This document shows, in pieces, positions 58,119 through 64,000 of a DNA stretch of 64,000 bases. Where the stretch lies: positions 2,666,001 through 2,730,000 of the forward strand of contig CDRNST010000027.1 in NCBI GenBank assembly GCA_977016875.1, written 5' to 3'. Numbering within the stretch: position 1 is the first letter of the stretch; the number at the start of each line of letters is the position of its first letter. The translations under genes and the position numbers were made by a program. Source of the DNA: Pavona decussata (Eukaryota). The notes under the pieces are model-generated. The model saw nothing but the letters and a program-made list of their open reading frames with translations. It had not been told where the DNA came from and did not search any database.

Positions 58119-58607
58119 GCAAGAGTTACGGTCGTGGTTCTTTTGCCTTATCTTTCCACTGTTAGTTGTAGGTGTGACAAATCTACAGGAGACTGGCTTG
58201 CTTTTTCTTGGTTCAATTTCAAGGTGTGCCAAATGGTCCCTTGAAAAATCCAGATTCTTGCGAAATTTTGGCAGTCCTAGAATCTTAAATTTCGTAGGGC
58301 CCTTTTGTCCAAAGCCCGATTAAGCTAATCCTGGATTAATGTAAACTTTGGTGGAATTTTAATCATTAATGAGTAAGGATGCTTCCAAAAGGTGTTTGTC
58401 CCTTAGTTTTTGACTCATACTTTTCTTTATTAAAATTAGCTTTTAAAATCATCTTTAACCTCTGTTAACTATTAATCGGGGATTAGGTGTAATCAGCTTT
58501 TGAACAACTGGACCCTGGTCTCAGTTTCTCATTTTCTGAGTTTGCCAGCTTATATTTACAGTGACTGTATTAGGCTGAAGTTTATACAGTCTCAATCTTG
58601 GGTTTTA

Positions 58608-58841
58608 CAGTGCGACGTGTCTTGCCGTGGCCACCCAACAAACTTTTTTTTCAAGTTAGCCAATTAGGATACATGAATTTGATTAACAGTCACGCCTCCT
58701 TGCAAAGTCCAACAGGCAAGTGACGCAACAACAAATTATTGAAAACATGTTTGGTATTTTATGAACAAGGAGGAAGATATCCTGATTGGCTAACTTGTAA
58801 AAAAAGTTTGTTGGGTGGCCACAGTAAGGCGCGTGGCACTG
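58608..58841. mobile_element. Tc1/mariner-type fold-back MITE with ~65-bp TIRs
   Basis: TA|CAGTGC...GTGGCCACCCAACAAACTTTTTTT...AAAAAAAGTTTGTTGGGTGGCCAC...GCACTG|TA. Confidence 0.85.
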
Positions 58842-59062
58842 TAAAATCCAGGTCTCTGATCCAGATAAATTTACAAACACATCTTTTTTCCCTGGAGTGG
58901 GGTGGATGGGGCCTTATCTACTCTTACGTTAACTTACCTACTCCCTTCAGAAAAGGCCCCGTCCATACTAAGTCAGATTAGAAGAGCACTGTTCAAATTC
59001 ATCTTGGTTAGTGTGGACATGGGAGGTCTCAGATTCATCTTGGCACCCCTATTTATTCTTCC

Positions 59063-59479
59063 TTTAAACACGGACCTGCACTGTAAAAGGAACCTTGTCC
59101 TGGCCAAGCCATCAGTCATTTCGTTGTAGACACTGAGCTGTGAATTTCGCAGAGTCTGTGCGGCAAGATACAATAGAATATTGACAGAATAAGAAAATAA
59201 TTTGAAATTTTTATGCGTATTTGTCCTCCTTAATAAAGCTAGAGATTTGCTAATTTGTTTTTGTGGCTCAATTGCAATATATTTTGTTCAAATATTCTTT
59301 TAAAAGCTTAGGTTGTTTTTTCAAGACATATTTGGCTTTATTTCTTGAAATACTAATTCCACAACGTTTACTTCCTACTTTCTCACTATGTCGACCATTC
59401 CTAATATGACATTGAAGCAGTGACTGTGTGACAGAGGTGGGAGGAGCTATCCCTTTTATAGTGCAGGTCCTTGCTTAAC
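59063..59479. mobile_element. MITE, copy 2 (downstream/3'UTR of BRD10-like gene)
   Basis: taaacacggacctgcactgtaaaagg...ccttttatagtgcaggtccttgcttaa. Confidence 0.75.
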
Positions 59480-61571
59480 TTTCTTGGCCCTCGGAAGATG
59501 TTTATTTAATAGTAGGCATTGTAAACAGGGCTCAAACATTTTGAGTGGGCCATTTTCTTCCTTTGAGCTGTTCAATCTTATTTTGTGGAATGCCTTGCAT
59601 CCTAGACTTAAAAGCCATTTTCTGTTGTCAATAACCTCAAGGGAGGGGCAAGTAAGTTTGTCTCATACACTTCATGTAGCTTCCCTCAGAGGAGTCCCCT
59701 CAGTGTTAATTTTGTGCCAGGCTCACTGTTTGGTATCTTACTTTAAAAGTGAAGAAGGTGCAAAAATGGCAAAGCAAGAAGAGAAGGCGATTAAGGGAGG
59801 GAGGGCTGGATAGGACCTGCTGGAGTTCCGTTAGGGGGGGGGGGGGCGTCAGGTATAACATTAACAGGAGAGAAATGAAGGATTTGGGGGCTAAACATTT
59901 GTGATTTTGATATTTATTTTATCCAGGGTTTTGGGGCATTTGCTATCTGTTCAAAGCTTGTAGTAGATGGTAGGATGAAAAAGAGGCAAGATGCAATACA
60001 GTAAACACCCACATTTAAGAACCTACTTTTTTTTCAAGGTCAGCCTGAATAAGTCTTCATATATTTATTCTAAGGTTCTTATATAACAGGTGTCTAAAAT
60101 GACGAATTCAGCCTGGAGGTTCTTAATCCACTTCTCCTTTTTTGCGGATGTTTACTGTACTTGTTAATTTTTCCGAGTATTTTATTGTGAATGTTTCTGA
60201 ATTGATGGCCAATCATTTGGGGTAAGTCTGCATAGTATGGCAGAACTTGATGAGATCTTGCGCATGCAGAGACATTTTCTGAAAACTCACACATGCACTT
60301 GCCTTACTTCTGCAGACTCGGTTTAGGTGGTTTATTTTTTTTTTAATTCTTGTTTTATTTTGAGTACTTTAATCCCACTCCTTCTGTGTCCCCAATCCCC
60401 TATACCAAGTGGTCTTCATACTTTCCCACTCAGTAACTATAACAGTCTTTTATAAAATTTTCAAATGTTACTGGCCCGATAGTTTAGCACATGAAAAATT
60501 TATTACGACTTGAAAGGTCACATGAGATACCATATTGCTACTGAGTTTACTTGCATGCTGGACTGATATATTGTTCATGCAAGGCCGAGTTCCTCAAGGA
60601 AGTTTTGAATAAAAGTGTTGTGTGGGAACATAACAGTATGCTGATTTTCTGTTGCTCCAGTTTTCTTTAGAAATAAATGCTCATTGGTTCTTCTAGTCAA
60701 ATGTAGTTAATCACCTTGTATGTTGCACTGCATGCATCAGTTTGCTCACTGAGTAGCCCCTTCCAGGCTCTCGGTATACCGCGGGAGACGCGAAGGAGCA
60801 GGCGAGAGGAATGAAAATGCTCAAGGTCCATATCCTTACTTTTTCATATACCATTTAGTGACAGGAAAGGTAACCTTTTCATATACCATACCTTCCACAG
60901 GAAATGGTAATCTTTTCACACAACTACAGTAGAAATACTCTACCTACCCTATTCTACATATCTACTCGTGAAATCCCTACCCTTTCTTATACCTCCATCC
61001 TAAAACAAGGTATCGCATTATGATTTTGGGCGGAGCCCCCCTGAATTGGCCAATATATAGGGAGTACTCGACCCTCCCCCCTCCAAGCTTTGAAGGCATT
61101 TTCGCTCTCCGTGCCAGTAACCGGCTTCCCAGGACCATTCTTCAGAAAAAAAGAAGAAAAGGCACAGTAATGCATGCGAAACAAAATTCTAGGAATAAAA
61201 TAAGAAATTTCTTCTTCTCCATTTTTGCTTTTTCTGTTCTTCCTACCGTTGTTTCCTTCTTCATAACTTTTTTCTTATTTCAAAGTTTATAGTGAATTTT
61301 CTAACCCTTAACCTGGATTAGGATTTCAGAATACTCGGCACTCTTGTAATGGGAGATGTCTACTGTCCCTGTAGTCCGGCCAATTTATCAGATTCAACCA
61401 CAGCAACAATGCATAATGATGATAATGCTGAACGAAAATTAATTGAACCAGTAGCCTAAGAAAACAGAAGACAAACAGAAAACAGATTACCATTTTTTTT
61501 TTTCTTCAGTTGCTATTTTTTGTGTCTCCTTCCCCGCCCTCCCCGTCACGGTTTGTTGTTGTAGTTGTGGT

Positions 61572-61587
61572 TGATGATAATGATGAC

Positions 61588-61653
<66 letters not shown>
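61572..61653. repeat. (GAT)n microsatellite
   Basis: Direct reading. Confidence 0.95.
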
Positions 61654-61654
<1 letters not shown>

Positions 61655-62003
61655 TAACGATAGCAGCCATTTCTCTTGACATTATACGGTGATGTGGGTA
61701 GTCTCACGTTCACTTGGCCTTACTTGCTTATGAATGACGTCAGGAGCTCCTGTCGAGGTATGGCATCTACAGATCGGAAAGCGAACCAAATTTATGACTC
61801 GGGGAGGGAGAGGAGATAAAAGCTGACAGGAAACGCCTGCAACTGAGCCCACAAGTTTTAACAAAATTTTTGGAAAGCCCGTTCGTCCACGACCGAGAGG
61901 GAATGGATTTCCTCCTCCCTTCCACTTTCTTTTTCTTGTCAGTTTGTTTTTGTTTTGTTTTGTTTGTTTGTTTGTTTGATTGTATCTTTTATCCCGTGAA
62001 GAC

Positions 62004-62042
62004 CAACCTCGTTCCCAGGGCTTTTCCCTGGGAACGAGGTTG
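62004..62042. mobile_element. 39-bp micro-MITE, 17-bp TIRs, 9-bp TSD
   Basis: CGTGAAGAC|CAACCTCGTTCCCAGGG ctttt CCCTGGGAACGAGGTTG|CGTGAAGAC. Confidence 0.88.
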
Positions 62043-62333
62043 CGTGAAGACTTCCTTTGACCCGTCATGTCACGCACTACGTGACGAGCTAAAAGGGGCC
62101 AGTGTTACCCGCGAAAAGTATCGGGTATGCAGAGGATCTTGGGAAGGATGTTATCGTCTCGGAAAGGGACACGTACATGGTTGTTATTGATTGCGGTATT
62201 ATGCAGAATGTGAAATTAGTTTCGACGGTATAAAGACCGCTGTGCGTTGCTGAAACACCTACTAATTATTTTTTTACTTCGAGAGTTTTTTTTAGATAAG
62301 TTAAGCAACTTTTGTTCGTGTTTTTCCCGCACC

Positions 62334-62516
62334 ATGCGATCGCCACACAAGTTCGCCCTGCTCGTATTTGTACCGTGGCTGGCACCGTGGCTCGTTTTGC
62401 TGCCAAATCCGTCCTGTGCGATGACGAATGGCTTTACTACAGTGGTCGAAGCTGGAAAAGTAAACTGCTTTTATGACAACGTCGATTCCAACAAAACTTT
62501 GGAGATAGAATACCAG
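62334..62516 (+). CDS. p24/TMED family (TMED1/TMED5-like) emp24/GOLD protein, first coding exon; gene continues beyond the window
   Basis: accATG context; signal-peptide-like N-terminus, then FTTVVEAGKVNCFYD...LEIEYQ|gtagga. Confidence 0.85.
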
Positions 62517-62997
62517 GTAGGATGCCATTTCAGCTGTTTATATACTTAGTCTACAACTTATTTGCTTGTTAAGTATAAAAATATTTATTCGCAATTCACA
62601 GTCTGCTGTAAATAAGTCTTAAAATGTTTTGAAGAGAGTAGAAACTGATAGTAATTTACTCTACTCCTCAAACGTTTCACGTATATACAATTTCGGCCGC
62701 CGAGATTTCTTATTATCTAAAACTTATAAACAGTGATTCGTTTGAGTTAAGCTTATAAGTCATATAGCTTTTTAGAAGTCTTACTGGCTATTGTATGTAA
62801 GCTTAATTTTTAGAACTCAAATAAGCTCAAGAATAAGAATAAGCTTATATGATTTTGGTTCAAAATGCTAAGCAACTGCCAGCTCGGTGAACAATTTCAT
62901 TCACACTGCATATTACATGTAATAGTGTAGGCGATAATCACTTCTCTACTCTGTAAGTGATGTAAGCTCTGTATATAATTAGCCCCCTCTAAATAAA

Positions 62998-63506
62998 TAC
63001 TAGAAATTACGTGACTCGCAAAGCTGTGGACAGTTCATTAGAAGTGATGTTGTCTTTTGTCTTTGCTCTGTGGTTTCCTGATGTCTCCTTCTTCGCTGGT
63101 TGCGCTGAGTTTTGTTGTTTAACCTCCCTTGGCAAATCCGTCTTGTCCCTTGTGCATCCTCCTGTGGTTCATTTACATCACAGTTTGGTCGTGTTTTACT
63201 AATAGTAAACATTTTTCACTGCTCGATGATTAAACATGTTCAGCCCTCAATGAATAAACATGAGTTGCATCTGACACCAGCCTGTCTTCCAACCTGTTGT
63301 TGCCTAGCAACCTTCCTTTTGTCTGACGTCATTCGAACTTTGTTTGCACTGTTGCCAGGCAACAGCACGGACACCTTCAACGGTATATATATATCAATAT
63401 ACTTTCGCTCAAATTCGCGTGGCTTAGCTCCGCTCGGGCCTTCGACCCGACAAATTTATTAACCTCACTACACTCGGGCCTTCGACCCTCCCTTTGCGAG
63501 GAATTA
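62998..63506 (+). mobile_element. Second copy of the Helitron/Helentron-like repeat, without the nested MITE
   Basis: Shares both ends and cactgttgccaggcaac...acggacac.ttcaacg-(TA)n with 53535-54826. Confidence 0.55.
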
Positions 63507-64000
63507 AATTTGTTTCTACTTAAATTTTGGCATGTATGGGAATTCACTCACTTGTTGAGAACTCAAGCCTTTTAATCCCCATAGCTTGGTTTATACTAGC
63601 AACAGAACTGCAAGGTCACACAAATGCCAAAAGAACTTATATCGATGTTACTGGTGTAAACAATACAATGTAACAGCTTGCAAAGAAGGAAAAAAAGACC
63701 GTGACCATAGCAGTAAAACGAAAAGCTGATTTTTTTGCCTGGTCATATTGTGTTTTTAACATTTACACAAACCATTCAGAAATTTTGGTTGTAAGTCAAA
63801 GCGGTAACAACATTTCTTGAAATTTGATCCAGAATTTTCAGGCTACATGTGCATTCAGAAATACAGCGGAACCCCATTCATATGAACACCTTTGGGCCAT
63901 GAAAATGTAGTCATACTTTCGGGGTCATTTATCATGGGACATTGGTAAATTCCTACCGTTTGTAATTTTTTATAATTTTCATCACCTATCGGAAAGAATC

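Noticed and set aside
1-64000. Prokaryotic operon, defence system or phage content
   Set aside because: Everything is explained by spliced eukaryotic genes and animal-type repeats

Overview
Eukaryotic, AT-rich, intron- and repeat-rich animal DNA. The repeat landscape looks like a stony coral or other anthozoan (inference only). There is one assembly gap (17686-17888). I reconstructed exons by hand with consistent splice phases. (1) A complete 36-coding-exon BAZ1B/WSTF-like gene lies on the minus strand (CDS 41898->736, ~1920 aa; WAC, DDT, WHIM1-3, two PHD fingers, bromodomain). It has a U12-type first intron and one GC-AG intron. (2) Head-to-head with it, 665 bp away, is a complete 12-exon KIAA2026/BRD10-like gene on the plus strand (42564->58118, ~1492 aa; N-terminal bromodomain, CECR2-like DDT/WHIM region, long S/T/V/P-rich tail). 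(3) The first coding exon of a TMED1/5-like p24 gene is at 62334-62516. Introns hold many MITEs (several nested), a deleted PIF/Harbinger element, SINEs, LINE 3' ends, an 817-bp tandem duplication and a perfect 83-bp palindrome. Best leads: two DDT-WHIM-bromodomain (ISWI-partner-type) genes sharing a short promoter with E2F/CHR sites; ~200-bp TSD-flanked inserts carrying an internal tRNA-like gene plus terminator; and a 39-bp transposon with a 9-bp TSD. Comparisons with human proteins are from memory, not from database searches.
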